DNA of 63,900 nucleotides, filler included, from Dugesia japonica (Eukaryota): NCBI GenBank assembly GCA_001938525.1. It is 6 parts of 6 records of this genome, joined end to end, with 100 filler letters (N's around TTAATTAATTAA, not from the genome) between each part and the next. Parts side by side here need not be neighbours in the genome. Positions count along the whole stretch, not along the records: positions 45,725 to 54,155 come from MQRL01597998.1; positions 54,256 to 63,900 come from MQRL01483188.1; 4 more parts are not named here. One strand, 5' to 3'. Shown piece by piece: positions 48,701 to 61,673 of this stretch (position 1 is its first letter; each line of letters starts with the position of its first letter). The notes under the pieces were generated by a model. It saw only the letters and a program-made list of their open reading frames with translations, ran no database searches and was not told where the DNA came from. The position numbers and the translations under genes were made by a program.

Positions 48701-50353
48701 TTTACTGCTTAAGGGGGTTGAAGATGCTGATGATCCAAAAGTTGATGATTTTGAAGTTGTGGTAGATGCGGAATTATTATGTTTAAATTTTTTAGAAGAG
48801 ATAACAAATTTGTCGTAACTGATAATAAAATTTAGATAAAAATAAAGAAAACAAAGAAATTTCACAGGAAAATATTATTAAATTAAATTTGAATTTACAG
48901 TTTATATTTTCTATTTTTGAAATGACAATTTTTCTCTATTTTTTGAATTTGACATTTTTTCTATTTATTGAAATGCTGCATAAATCATAATAATAAACAC
49001 CCAATTTACTCACTGATCCAATGTTGAATGCTTCAGTTAAAAAAAGTATTTTAAGCTTATAATTTTTTAGCTTAAAAAACTTAAGCTTATAAATATTAAG
49101 CTTATAAATTAAGCTTATAAATTTTAAACTTATAAATCCTAATTTTTTATTTTAAAATTTCTCAGTAATCTTGGCATTCTGTATGATCATTAATGCGACT
49201 TAAGGCCAATCATTTGATAAAGTTGGGGTGTATTTTCTTGAACCAGTTTACGCTCATAGCCATGTTCACTTTGTACTTACTTGCTGCAGAAATCATGAAA
49301 ACTTGAATTCATGCATGGATAATTCGCCAATCGACAATCAAGAATTTATTGTATGTTAAAAACATATCTATTTTTTCTATCGAATTGCCAAGTACCATAA
49401 TTTTAGAGAGTGACAATTAATTATATCAACATTTTTCAGGCAATTTTACACCTCCTTTTGTCAACAACGTTCAAATTTTCAGGTATAACGTTAATAAAAT
49501 TAATTCAANAGATGATTTATGACTCCCTCACAAATTAATAATATTTATCTAATTTTTTGAATTATTAAATTTATCGTAAAAACGTTTTTGGCACGAATTA
49601 ATCTTTTACACCCTCCTTCCCCTTGTCGACAGTTCTTAAACTTTTTCAAACCCCTCCTCGCTGATTTAGTTGACATAAATTATTGAAATTCACAATATTT
49701 CAATAAAGCCTTTTTCTTAATAATTTTTTTAAGTAACCGCTTTAATTTTCCATGTATAGTAATTTAGAAAATATAAAGAGAAGTTTAAAAATATTATTAA
49801 TTAAAATATAATTAAAATTTGTTAATAATTTATGGATTATTATGGCTTAAAAGTTTCGTATTTTTTCAATATTTTTTTCCGTATTTTTTTGAAGTTTGTC
49901 TTTTGAAAAAGCAAACTTTATTTTTATTTATTAAATATTTTAATAAACTAAGACCAAACTAGAATTATTCATGAATTAAGACTTCTTAAGTCGCAATTTA
50001 TTCAGATAGTCATAAATTTGAGGGACAGGCATAATTTTTAAATTCTAAAAAGAACGCTGGAAGACGTTTTGATATAGGAGATTAATTAATCTGAAAATTA
50101 TTTTTACTATTTCAACAATTGTATCACTTTCTAAAATAAATAATAAAATAATTTAAAATCAATTAACTGCTTGTTGGTGTGGAAGATTTTGATGTTCCAC
50201 TTGTAGACGTTATAGACGTTGTTGAAGATGCTGGAATTATTTTTAAAATTGATTAAATTTAATTAATTTATATACCACATGTCTTTTTGCATAATTTTGC
50301 AACACTAGGATTGGTACACATATCTTTCATATCAGGACAAACTGTTGGTTCAG
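45741..50353 (-). CDS. Repeat protein: 4-Cys ShK-like domains alternating with Ser/Thr linkers (partial gene)
   Basis: 78-nt exons 50276-50353, 48343-48420, 45979-46056 and 45741-45818 (EPTVCPDMKDMCTNPSVAKICKKTC). 63-nt exons 50168-50230, 48706-48768, 48233-48295 and 45872-45934. All phase 1. Confidence 0.8.
47095..48040 (+). pseudogene. Mariner transposase, decayed, inside an ShK-gene intron
   Basis: FYWKGKNA..CDVYGKGAL, LKQLVT*DKKWI, KKVMFCVWW, GVVFH, PHTPY. Confidence 0.8.
49165..49300 (+). pseudogene. Helitron/PIF1 helicase C-terminal fragment
   Basis: LAFCMIINAT*GQSFDKVGVYFLEPVYAHSH resembles LAFAMTINKSQGQ..VG.YL..PVF.HGQ. Confidence 0.65.
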
Positions 50354-50705
50354 CTATTTTACAATAGAATCATGGATATTATATATATGATCAGTACGAT
50401 ATAAATATATCCAAAACATATATTTTAAATACAAGTCGTCATATTTATAGTATATAGCTCATAATGCTCAATACCCTTTGACTATTTTCCTGGTAAATTT
50501 TGGATTCCATGCATGTACTAATCTTTAAATTTAGATGTAAAACGTTCTGTTATGACGACAAAAGTTTAGGATACCGTTATAGTAGATAGATAATAGCGCA
50601 TTAAATCACATACCTCTCTCCCGCAGTCAAAGTGGTTTGATTTTTTGGTTTATTANNNNNNNNNNNNNNNNNNNNNNNNNNNNNNNNNNNNNNNNNNNNN
50701 NNNNN

Positions 50706-50769
<64 letters not shown>

Positions 50770-51716
50770 ATTATTACTAAAACCAAGACCGAAACCTATT
50801 ATTATTGTTATTATTATCAAGACTGAAACCTAACAAGCTTAGGTTTAAAATTTTCAAAATTTGATTGATTGAACATTTGATTAGAAAACTTTTCCTTTTC
50901 GAATTTTATTGGTCGAATTTTGACTTGGGAAGTTCAAAAGTTTGATTTTTGGTTTATACATTTTTCGGGCAATCTTTGTAGTATGGTTTTAAATTTGGTA
51001 TCGTTGAACTTAGAATTAAATTCTCTATATGGATGTTGCAATAATTTTCTCGAAAAGTAATTGGTTCTCTCAGAAAAGGTATTAGCGCACTAAATCACTT
51101 TGATTTGGTTTATAAATTTCTTGTCCAAGACTTATCGTATCGCTTAGTAAATAGTAGCATTAGATTTACAATAAAAATTTGAATGTAGTTTAAAAGGGTT
51201 TGCTGTAATAATATGCTTGGTTCGAAAGATAAAATGATTACTCAATAGGTTTATTCAACATATTTGTTGCATAATTAAAAGTTGTCATGTATAATTTTCC
51301 AGAATTTAATCCTTCATCATCATCTGTCCACCCTTTTGCTTGCCCCTCCTCCTTCTACTCGTCTGCTACAGTGCTTGCTTTTCTGCTTTCTGTGTTATTT
51401 CCTTTTTCTAGATACCAAATAATCAGTTTGATAGTTAATAAAATCAATATACTGTTGTATGTTTTCATTTTTTGACTATAACTTGTACATTATTATGTAT
51501 GGTTTTCAAAGTATCCAATAGCATTTTAAATACTCAATTGTTTTAGTATTTTATAGCCTTTTACAGTTTTCTATGGTTTCATGAATTATAAAGGGTTGTA
51601 TTTGATACATTTTTCGATTGGATATGATAGGTTTAACTGATTAATCAAGAGTTTCATAAAACAAATAGCAAAAGAATACAAATCTGAATAACTCATACAA
51701 CAACTTTATTTATTAA

Positions 51717-51779
<63 letters not shown>

Positions 51780-51829
51780 NNNNNNNNNNNNNNNNNNNNN
51801 NNNNNNNNNNNNNNNNNNNNNNNNNNNNN

Positions 51830-51884
<55 letters not shown>

Positions 51885-54728
51885 CATTATTATTATTATT
51901 GCTATTATTATCAAGACTAAAACGTAACAAGTAATATACGTTTATGTGTGTAAAAGTAAAAATTTAATTGAGTAATGCAAGTATAACATGGTTGGTTGAA
52001 TCTTTATATAAATGGCTTTAATTTTAATACTTATATCACTAAAATGGAAGCAATAATAACAAAGCTGTTTAATCTTATTATTAAAGATGATGTGACAAAG
52101 GAACAGTGACCACCATATGATGAAGATACAGAAAAGAAGTGACTACGCAGAGAATAAGTGGATATAAGATCATGGACCATTTTCATGAATAAATATTTTC
52201 AATAATATATATTGTGTTTTTATTAATTGTTCTGTGTTTTATTTTATGTTATATGTTTTATTATTAAGTATTTTAATTTTCAAAATTAATATGCCAATAT
52301 TAATACACAGATTTCTTAGGTAAACAGAATTTGCATTAAGTGTAAATTAAGCATTAATTTTAATAGGATATGTACTCGTTTTACACAAATCTTAATAAGT
52401 CTACCAAAACTTATGTGCGAATATCATACGTATACAGTACTTTCATACAAAAATAACCTGATTTGCTATGTAACTAATCGTCATACATTTCATTTATTTA
52501 ATAATTATTTTATCCAAGTCTTGTAAACACTATAATACTACATATAATCAATAAACCCCGGGCATTAGGAATTTATTCATATTAGTCATAAATACATAGA
52601 AATGAAGGAAATATTTCTAAACATTATGTATGTTTTTTATTTTTAGAAGAAAATGGAATGGAGAAAACAGAAGTACAATCTAATGGGCAGACGAGTTGTA
52701 GGCAGAGGAGCAAGCAGGTGGTATATGATTTGTAGGCAAAAGTACAAGCAGAAATGCAGGCAGATGGTGATGATGAAGGATAACTGACTATATTGTTTTA
52801 GAAGTGTTGGAAAAATATACATATTGGATTATACATACATGTATTGGAAATTTATACAGATGTATTATGTATTTAATAAATACATAATGAATTGTTTATC
52901 ACTTTATTCTTTTTCCTATTGAAAGCTTCTTTCCATACATTTTCGATAGCATTTTGAATAAAAATTGTAATCATGTATATGGAAATTGTATCAAGATATG
53001 AGTAAATTGTAACCGCCTATGCGTAAATTACGACTATTTGTGTACAAATTGCGATCTCCTATGAGTGAATTATAACCATCTATTGTACATTGAGACATTA
53101 GTTTGTAATTTTTCAAGTCAAAATTGTATTCGTGTTAGGTAAATCTTCAATTGGTAATTGGTTANNNNNNNNNNNNNNNNNNNNNNNNNNNNNNNNNNNN
53201 NNNNNNNNNNNNNNCAAATCAGAACTAATATTTTTAGACATTATTTATTTTTCTACTTCAACTCTACATTTAATAAGAGAAATAATTATTGAATAGTAGC
53301 TTAAAAATCTTTATCCAGAATTAACTCAATTTCTATTGGCTCAATAATTATTAAATAATAATTATTTCCTCATTATTCAGTGGTAGAGTTCAGTGGTTGT
53401 ATTTACATAGTAAAATAGTAGAAAACAATGTTATAATATAGACCAATTTTATTAGGATTTATTAAATTTCCTTTAATTTCCTTAATTTCTCTAAGTTTTA
53501 AAATTTCACTAGTGAACATAACTGGTAGTATTTATCACAGTACTCTATCAAATCAGTCAATTAAAGTAAATTATTGTATTTAATTTTAGACTGTTTAGAC
53601 CAATTATGATCAACGAAAGATACAATATGATTTGAAATACAATATGATTATATAAATGATTTTAGTATTATTTTAATGTAAATTGAATTAATTTAATCTT
53701 GATTGAGTTATTTCAATATTTTAAAATTTTATAATGGTAATTTTATTACTGAAATAGCTTTAAAATTACATATAGAATTAATTTAAAATAATTTCAAAAT
53801 TTAAATTTTAAATAATTAATAAATTATTATTTTTTATTATGATTATCTATTTTTTTACAATTGGAATTATTACGAGATTAATTTTTGGACGTAACCATTG
53901 ATCGATTTATAAGAATTCATTTAAAATAGCTTTGATCAAAAAATTTTTTTTATTGTTTTTTTGAGATTGATTCGATATTTCGACTTTTTCTTCGTAAGGA
54001 ATCGACTTTTAATTTATTCAAAGTAGGTAAATAATAGCGCACGGCCTCACATACTTCTCGTACACATCCTCTCCTCCCTTCCCCCCATTTTTTTGAAGGA
54101 GCTTCAATTTGATGGGCCGCACACATGTTTCCTGCAATTTGATTGGTCGACATTTNNNNNNNNNNNNNNNNNNNNNNNNNNNNNNNNNNNNNNNNNNNNT
54201 TAATTAATTAANNNNNNNNNNNNNNNNNNNNNNNNNNNNNNNNNNNNNNNNNNNNAATAAAAATTAATTTTAATCAGATTAATGTAAATTGTGTTTGCAT
54301 TTCAAAATTTATAAAATTAAAAAATTATTTAGATTCTCTCTTTAAAAATAAAATAACAATTTTCTAGTTTCTAGTCTAGTTGATTGTTGCTAACAAAATA
54401 GTAAATATATTGTTGACTTCTTTCCTTTCTATTTTTCAAACGGAATATAGAGAAGTTAGATTAATTATTTATAGAAAAAATAAGGTGTTCCATTAACATT
54501 ATATACACATAACATAAATTTATTATCTTAAAATTTAATTTAAATATTTCATATTTTATTAACAATAGAAAGTTTGGTTAATAAGAATTTAGAAATGCAA
54601 AATAATTTAAGAATTATATGCTTTATTATTATACTTTTGAAATCATTTTAAAATTAATATTTAAAAAAAGATGCAAATGGGTACTGAATATAATCAAAAT
54701 CCCATCATATTTGAAGATGTCATTCAAA

Positions 54729-54869
54729 TAAGGGGACCAGACGTCCTGATTTTTAACAATTTATCCCCCATCACGTGGGATTTTAAGAAAATCCCGATTT
54801 TTTAATCAAGACAATAATTTATTAGTCAATTGTGTCCCACTTTACGAATGTTAAAATCTAGTCCCCTTA
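54729..54869. mobile_element. hAT-type MITE
   Basis: TIR TAAGGGGACCAGA/TCTAGTCCCCTTA. Flanks CATTCAAA and CATTTAAA (7 of 8 TSD match). Confidence 0.7.
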
Positions 54870-56291
54870 CATTTAAAGTATGACAGAAAAGAACGTGCAA
54901 TATTGATGTGGAAAAAAAGAAGATTCAACGTTAATTTGTGGCGAATTAAAGTTGATTTTAATTTTTACTGGTTTTATTGTTGATACATTTTTATAGGAAA
55001 TTTACATGTAATTCAAACAGTACCGGTGCGTGATCTTCTTCGCAAGGCTGTATGCTCTGATTACGCACCTCATTATTTTTCCATGTTTTGTTACTTGTTA
55101 TCAACTTATCGTAATCAAAGGTTTTTAATTAGCAGTCAGTTTTAACATTAAAACATTATTTATTGTTGACAACTACAAAATTAATTTCAAAGAGTTTCTT
55201 TGTTTAAGTTTTAAATGTTTTATTTGACTTATTTAAATAATAATCATATTGATTACATCACACCGTCTCCACGGCGGCGCCCGCCTGTGANGCAGGCTTT
55301 GAAGTAACTCGAATTCAAGCTTGTATTAAAATCAACAAGTTTTATCGTTTATTTCTATTTTAGGAATTAGTAATTATAATTTATTAGTAATTTGGTAAAT
55401 ATGAAACTTCTTAAATTCTATTATAAGAAACATAAATTTCTCGTATTAACTGAAACACCATTTTACAAAACTATTTAAGTCTTACTAAAAAAATATAGAT
55501 ATTAATTACTTAATAGTATTATAACAGTATTCTCTTTATAATGTTCATAGAGAAAATTAAATTTTTTTTATTGCTAACCTGATAAAACCGATTAGTCACA
55601 AAAATATCAAAATACAAATGACGATTGGAAATTTGTTTTTGACGAAAAATAAATAACATAAAAAATCTGATATCTTATTTTTCAAAATCCAAATAGTTAA
55701 AGGAAAATTTATGATACTGTATTTTGGTAACTTGTTTTTGTCAAAATCTAGTACATTAATAACAATCATTAATAACAATTAAGACAATTTCGATATACAA
55801 GACTATTAAATCTGAAAATACATACATAGAAATTTTTGGAGAATTTATAAGATCAGTGAAATATTCAGTAATAAGAAAACTATTAAGATTTAAATTTTAA
55901 TAATTAAAATTTCCATTGTAAGAATTAAATACAAAACGGAAAACGTATAATTTGACAACTAATCAAATACAATTATATAAATCAACAAATATTTTTATTT
56001 AGACTAATTTTAGTAAATATTAAATTAAGGTTTCTCTTTAAATTTGTACGTGTATAAATTATTTTTATAAAGTATAAACGCAGGAGATTAAAGCTGTAAA
56101 TTAACTTCAGTCTTACAAGTTTAGCTACCAAAAATTAAAGTTAAGATTTATAATTTATTTGACCTCTTTATTTAACTTGCGTTTTAATTTTTTCAACACA
56201 ATTTAGTGTTCTAAAATTTGAAATTTTACAAACATATTTATTAACGCAAATTATAAATGACAACATATTACAAAAAATAAGAATTAATAAC

Positions 56292-56779
56292 CTGTTTTTA
56301 CCAATTGCGGCTCTATCTCTCTGTCTGCGATTCTTAAACCAATTTGAAACTTGCATTATACTAAGTCCAGTGATACCTGACATTTCTTTTTTTCTATTTG
56401 AAGTTGGATACGGATCTTTAAGATACTGATGATGCAAATATTGCCTGATATCTTCTTGAAAACAATGACTTTTATTTGTTCCGTCCCAAATTGTTTCTGG
56501 CATCGGGTATTTTTTTCTTATTCTATATTTTTCTACAGGACCTAATGGTTTACCTCGAGCCCTTTCGGCTTCAACATAATGAGCTTCCAACCAATAACTT
56601 TGAAGTTGTTTCTTGGATCTGTCATTGAATTTATGGTTTTCAATAATTTGATATAATTCTTCATAGTTTCCTGAATAAAATGACTTAGACGCTTTTGATT
56701 TCAATATTATTTCTAATTGATTTTCTTCTGATTTAGAATTAGGCGATTTCTGTTGATCATTTGACGAAACAGAAGTCAT
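56292..56779 (-). CDS. six3: SIX-class homeobox gene, Six3/6 (optix) subfamily, SD+HD exon
   Basis: WLEAHY..RGKPLGPVEKYRIRKKYP..TIWDG..HCF..DPYP..QVSNWFKNRRQRDRAA. LGPV signature, and a donor after KN(R) as in Six3/6. Confidence 0.9.
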
Positions 56780-57819
56780 GTTTATCTCGAACAGTAATGT
56801 TTGAAATTTAAATAATTTATAACACGCTGAAAAGGACAAAAACTAGTAAAGCAATCTAACACCTGCGATTGGCTGCAACACTTCTGATTCTAATTGTGTG
56901 AACGGTGACCATTGTCTAAAGCAAACATTAAATTGATGTGTGTAAACGCAAATAAGATGAGGTGTGCATTTGTATAGATGAAGTGTCAGTAAATTACCTA
57001 ATTAAGGCCGTAGAACTTACAACACCAACTAAGGCTTAGTCGTCAGTCAACCTCAACAACTAAGAGTTAGTTAAAACCATTTCTAGCCACTGATACAGTT
57101 GCTCATTGAAGTCAGTAGCTGGTGTTGAGTAGCAAGTAATCTCAGCTGTTCATCATCTCATCATTAATCTACGTGCTATATTCATCAGCTGAACTCTTTT
57201 AATATAAATCAATCATGCATAACATCTCAATCGGAATCTCACTGGCGCCATACTTAGGTAATTAAGAAGTTTAGGTAACACAATTTTTTTAGCATAGTAT
57301 ACATTTATGACAAATGAAACCTACGCTTCAATGCCTTTATGTCACCAGAATTCATTTGATATTATATATTGAAAATTTGTCAGAACTTAAAAAACTTAAA
57401 TTATTCTAATCAAATAATCTGTAAAATTATCTTTATTTAATGAACAAAAGAAAATTATTTTTAATATAAAATTACAAAATATTCAGAAAACGTAAAATAT
57501 CTATTTGATGTCAAAGATAATATAATTATAAAGATAATTTAATTAAAATATAAGGTATGGATATGAGTAGTGCCGATTTTGGCGAATTTGGGTAAGATTT
57601 TATTTATCGATTGTAATTTCTAAAACCGCAAATTAATATTGTACACTANTTTACGCGTCAATATAATTTTAACCGCGTCGTTAGAAATTGTGNCAATACA
57701 AAATTTTATAGAAATTTCATTAAGTTTACGTGAAACTTTTTTTGATTTATTGGGTTGTTCGAAAGGTTCGTGAATAAAAATCCAAATGTAACATTTAAAT
57801 TTCAAAATAAATTTATTTA

Positions 57820-58950
57820 ATTACATAGTCGCCATTTTCCTCCATCTTCCACGCAACTTAAAGATTCCAATCGAGAATTAATCAGGTTTTTTGGTGAAAA
57901 AAATTATCAAGATGATTTTTTTATCGACCAAAGAGCCAAAGTTTTTGCCATTAAGGGAATTTTGCAAAGACCTGTGAAAATCTGTAGGTGCAATGTGAAT
58001 AAGGCAGATGAGATAGTTCTTCCCAGCCCAGCTCCAAACATTTTTTTCTAGTAGTCAGACACATTAATGCAAACATTGTCCTGAGAAAACACGACTCCCT
58101 TTCGATTGCCCAGTTATTCACGCTTTCTTACAATTTGATTGTTTAATTCGTCTAATTGCAAGCAATACTTTTTGGAATTTATAATCTGATTAGTTCAGTG
58201 ATCTACAAACTGTGTGCCACGAAAATTTTTCTAAAAGTCCAAAAATTTTCGGGATTTTACACTAGAATTTTACACATAGTGATTCGCAAATTGTGTGCCG
58301 CGGCACATTTCATTCGAAAAAGAAATAAAGTATTTTAATAATTTTTTTAAATTATGTTGATATTTGGTATCTTTTAGGTTTCCAAAGGTATTTTCGCTTA
58401 AAAACTTTTAGTGTGCCGTTAGAAATTTTTATCGTTTGGGTGTGCCGCGACGGGAAAAGTATGCCGATCACTGGATTAGTTGTTAGAAGCTCATAAAACA
58501 AAATTCCTCGTCAGTCCCCCAGGCACAGAGCATAACTTTTTTCAAATGAAGATTGGCTTTTCGGCGGGGTTAATGGATCCCCAGGATCTTTTTCGTTTAT
58601 GATTATTTTAAATTATCTGTTTCTCATCACCTGTCTCTACTTGCTTTTAAAATGGTGTTTATAGAGCGAGTCACCAATGTTGTTGAGATCCATCAAGTTA
58701 AAAATCGTGTGTAATCGATATATCTAAACGGTTTATATATTTAAGCTTATATATATATATGCTCATAAATGCTCATGTATGGTGGTTTTCGGTATATTTA
58801 AGATTTCTGCTAATTCACATGTCAAATGGTCTGGATTGTTTTCGATAACTGGTTTGATTTTAACTTCATCAATGGTACTGTGTTTACCCAGACGTTCCTG
58901 ATCGTCAAGATACGAATCATCAACTTTAAACCTAGCAAACCACTAACAAA
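57820..58950 (-). pseudogene. Mariner transposase, decayed, interrupted by a hAT MITE and cut by a Polinton
   Basis: WFARFK..IENNP..ELAEILNI..TIHEHL, TGDEKQI, KVMLCAW..GILFYELL, NRKGVVFSQDN, LGWEELSHLPYS. Confidence 0.8.
58196..58473. mobile_element. hAT (Buster/Charlie-like) MITE
   Basis: CAGTGATC...GATCACTG termini, subterminal TGTGCCGCG motifs, perfect 8-bp TSD GATTAGTT (58188-58195 and 58474-58481). Confidence 0.9.
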
Positions 58951-59969
58951 AGTAGAGAGATAAGTGCGCATCGTAAATACCCCCTCACCAGCAAATTATA
59001 TAGCGTTTAGCCGATTANGTAATAAATTTAAAGTGTGACAAGAATTTATACAATCTAATACATAATTTATGTGCACTGATGACATAACAAGCATTATATT
59101 TAGTATTAATCATCTGGAAATTAAAGTTCTTGTTTAAATGAAGTGAAATTAATGATTTTTTTAAAAAATTAATTAAATATTAAAATGAACAAGTACCGTT
59201 AAGTAAATTTCTCTAGGGCAATATTAACATTAGTTGCTTCAGAGACAATATTAATATTAACATTATAATCTTCCTGGGCAAGAATAATATTAACATTAGA
59301 AGCTTCCAGATAAACAATGAATTTAAACAAATCGATTTGAATATATTTTATTTCAATATATTTAATAAATACAATTATTTGAACATTCTAGAATGGCGCA
59401 TATAATACACAAATGAAGTCGATCTTTGTTACGTGACCTATTACATAATGATTACAGACATGATTTAAAGTATGTATAAAACAAAACATTTATTAATGTT
59501 TTCATTATTTTCAAAACGAAATGTAGTACTTCTATTAAAAATAATGTGTCTCCTACTTATATCAAATGTGAACAACCTCAGAATTATTACAAATATGAAA
59601 TAATTTTTTTCAAGACACCGATTTTTTATGCTTTCCAAGTTAAATTATTTAGTCACCTACTATTTATCTTTAGATTTATCATCCTGCAAAACTCATGAGA
59701 TGTGCATACAGTTTGCTTATGTTTGACATAAGCTTGAATTATCAATCAATACTGAATGGATTATTTTCTACAAACTATAAAAATTTGCGATTTTTCGATT
59801 TTCTACAAACTATAAAAATTTTCCGATTTTTCGATTTTCTACCAACTATAAAAATTTCTGATTTTGCGATTTTTTACAAACTATAAAAAATTTGCGATAT
59901 TTCGATTTTTTACGAAAAATCGAGAATATAAAATTCGACATGGGAAAATGAAAAATTTCAAATTACAAA

Positions 59970-60396
59970 AATTACAAAAGCAGTAGCACCAGCAACTGTA
60001 GATACACCCAATTATTTTTATTTAAAACCTATGCAAATTCAGTTAAATAATAATTACTATCCAATTTATGAATGTAAATTTAATATGGAAAAGAATGAAA
60101 TGATTTATCCTTATTTAAATTATATAAAATGTTGTCAAGATTTTTTAACAGAACCACAATTAACACTTTTAGAATTTATTAATGAATATCCAATTTTCTG
60201 TTTTGATGTGACAGCTCAAGATGATCGATTAAATATTAATAATGTTGATGTTACACTTCACATTACAAAAGATCCAGAGTTTACAGGAAGTCCTTATTGG
60301 TGCATACTTGAAGAAAAACATATAGAAATGAAATTGGCAAATAATAAAATTGCCATGGTAGAAAATGTACGAGGTGCTGAATTTTTAAATAAGTAA
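59970..60396 (+). CDS. Major capsid protein, C-terminal fragment
   Basis: YYP..YPYLNY..PQLTLLEFINEYPIFCFDVTAQDD..DVTLHI pattern. Confidence 0.7.
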
Positions 60397-60397
60397 A

Positions 60398-60876
60398 ATG
60401 ACCAAGTCAACAAAATTTACATGTGAAAAATGTCATAGAACTTTGTTAAAAAAAATAAAGCTCGACACGTAAAACTTTGCAAAGGTGGAGGGGATCTTCA
60501 AAAATCAAGTTTTGTTAGTAATATTTTAAAACCAATTACTTGGGAAAAATATCCAGGAGAGCGACATTTATTTGGTCATAATTATGCTGGACCAGGAACT
60601 AGATTAGATATTAGACTTGATGAAAATAATGAACCATTACCAGGAGAAGAACCAGTTAATCAAATTTTTGCAGCAACACTGAAACATGATATTGCTTATC
60701 ATTCAGAAAATATGAGAAATCGACATTTAGCTGATACCACTTTAATAGAAGATATTAATGAAATTGAAAATCCTACCATGGCAGACAGATTTCAAGGTGC
60801 TCTTGTAAAATTAGCAATGAAGAGAAAATTAATGATCGGACAATCAGTAAATAAATCAAAGCAAATAAAAAATTAG
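60398..60876 (+). pseudogene. Zinc-finger + parvovirus VP1u-type phospholipase A2
   Basis: CEKC..RH..C, KGGG, HLFGHNYAGPGT..PVN..LKHDIAY..RHLAD. Frameshift in the A-run near 60450. Confidence 0.8.
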
Positions 60877-60899
60877 AAACGAACGAAACGAACGAAGCA

Positions 60900-61667
60900 A
60901 CTCACGAAGAAGCAGATGAGCTTCATCGTGGTTATAAAAAACCAAAACAATTTTTAAAAGTAACAGTAAGTGAATCTGATGAAACTTGGTCTGCAGATTT
61001 AACATTTCATAATAAACGAATAATACTAACTGTGATTGATCTTTATTCGAGATTTGCTTTTGTTCAACTTTGTAAAAATAAAACCAGTCCAGAGGTTACT
61101 GAAGCGTTTGAAAAAATTTTAGAAAATAATACTTACACCCCAGATAATTTATGGGTTGATAAGGGAAAAGAATTTTACAATTCATCATTTACTGCTTTTT
61201 GTGAAAAAAATAATATTAACCGTTATTCTACTTTTAATGAAGGAAAGGCAGTTGTCATTGAAAGATTTAACAGAACATTTAAAAACNAACTCTTTAAACA
61301 TTTAACTGCCGTTGGGAATCAAAAAACCACCCTTGAGTTATTACAGAAAATAGTAAACGATTACAACAACACAATTCATTCTTCAATTGGAACAACTCCT
61401 GCAGAAGCATATGAAACCAAAATAATAAAATAAGAAGTTCAAAATGAAATATATAAAAAACCAAAATTAAAAATAGGAGATCGTGTACGAGTATTTCTTA
61501 CTAAAAAAACATTTGTAAAAGCATATAGATTTAAATTGACTGTTAAAATTTATACAGTGACAAAAATTTATTTAACAATTCCACCAACTTATCAAATCAC
61601 AGATTTTAATGGNNNNAAAATTCTTGGAAGATTTTATGAGAATGAGTTACAAAAAACTTCTCTATAA
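60900..61667 (+). pseudogene. Polinton retroviral-type integrase
   Basis: ELH..WSADL..LTVIDLYSRFA..LWVDKGKEFYN..VIERFNRT..YNNTIHSSIGTTP, a stop, then KIGDRVR..GRFYENELQK. Confidence 0.9.
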
Positions 61668-61673
61668 AAAAGG

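Noticed and set aside
56168-56291. C-terminal extension of the Six ORF (LLILIFCNML...)
   Set aside because: Read-through into the intron at the conserved post-homeodomain donor.
56990-57265. Possible Six autoregulatory sites (TGATAC, TAATTA) and a short inverted repeat
   Set aside because: Short motifs are expected by chance in AT-rich DNA, and no conservation data are available.
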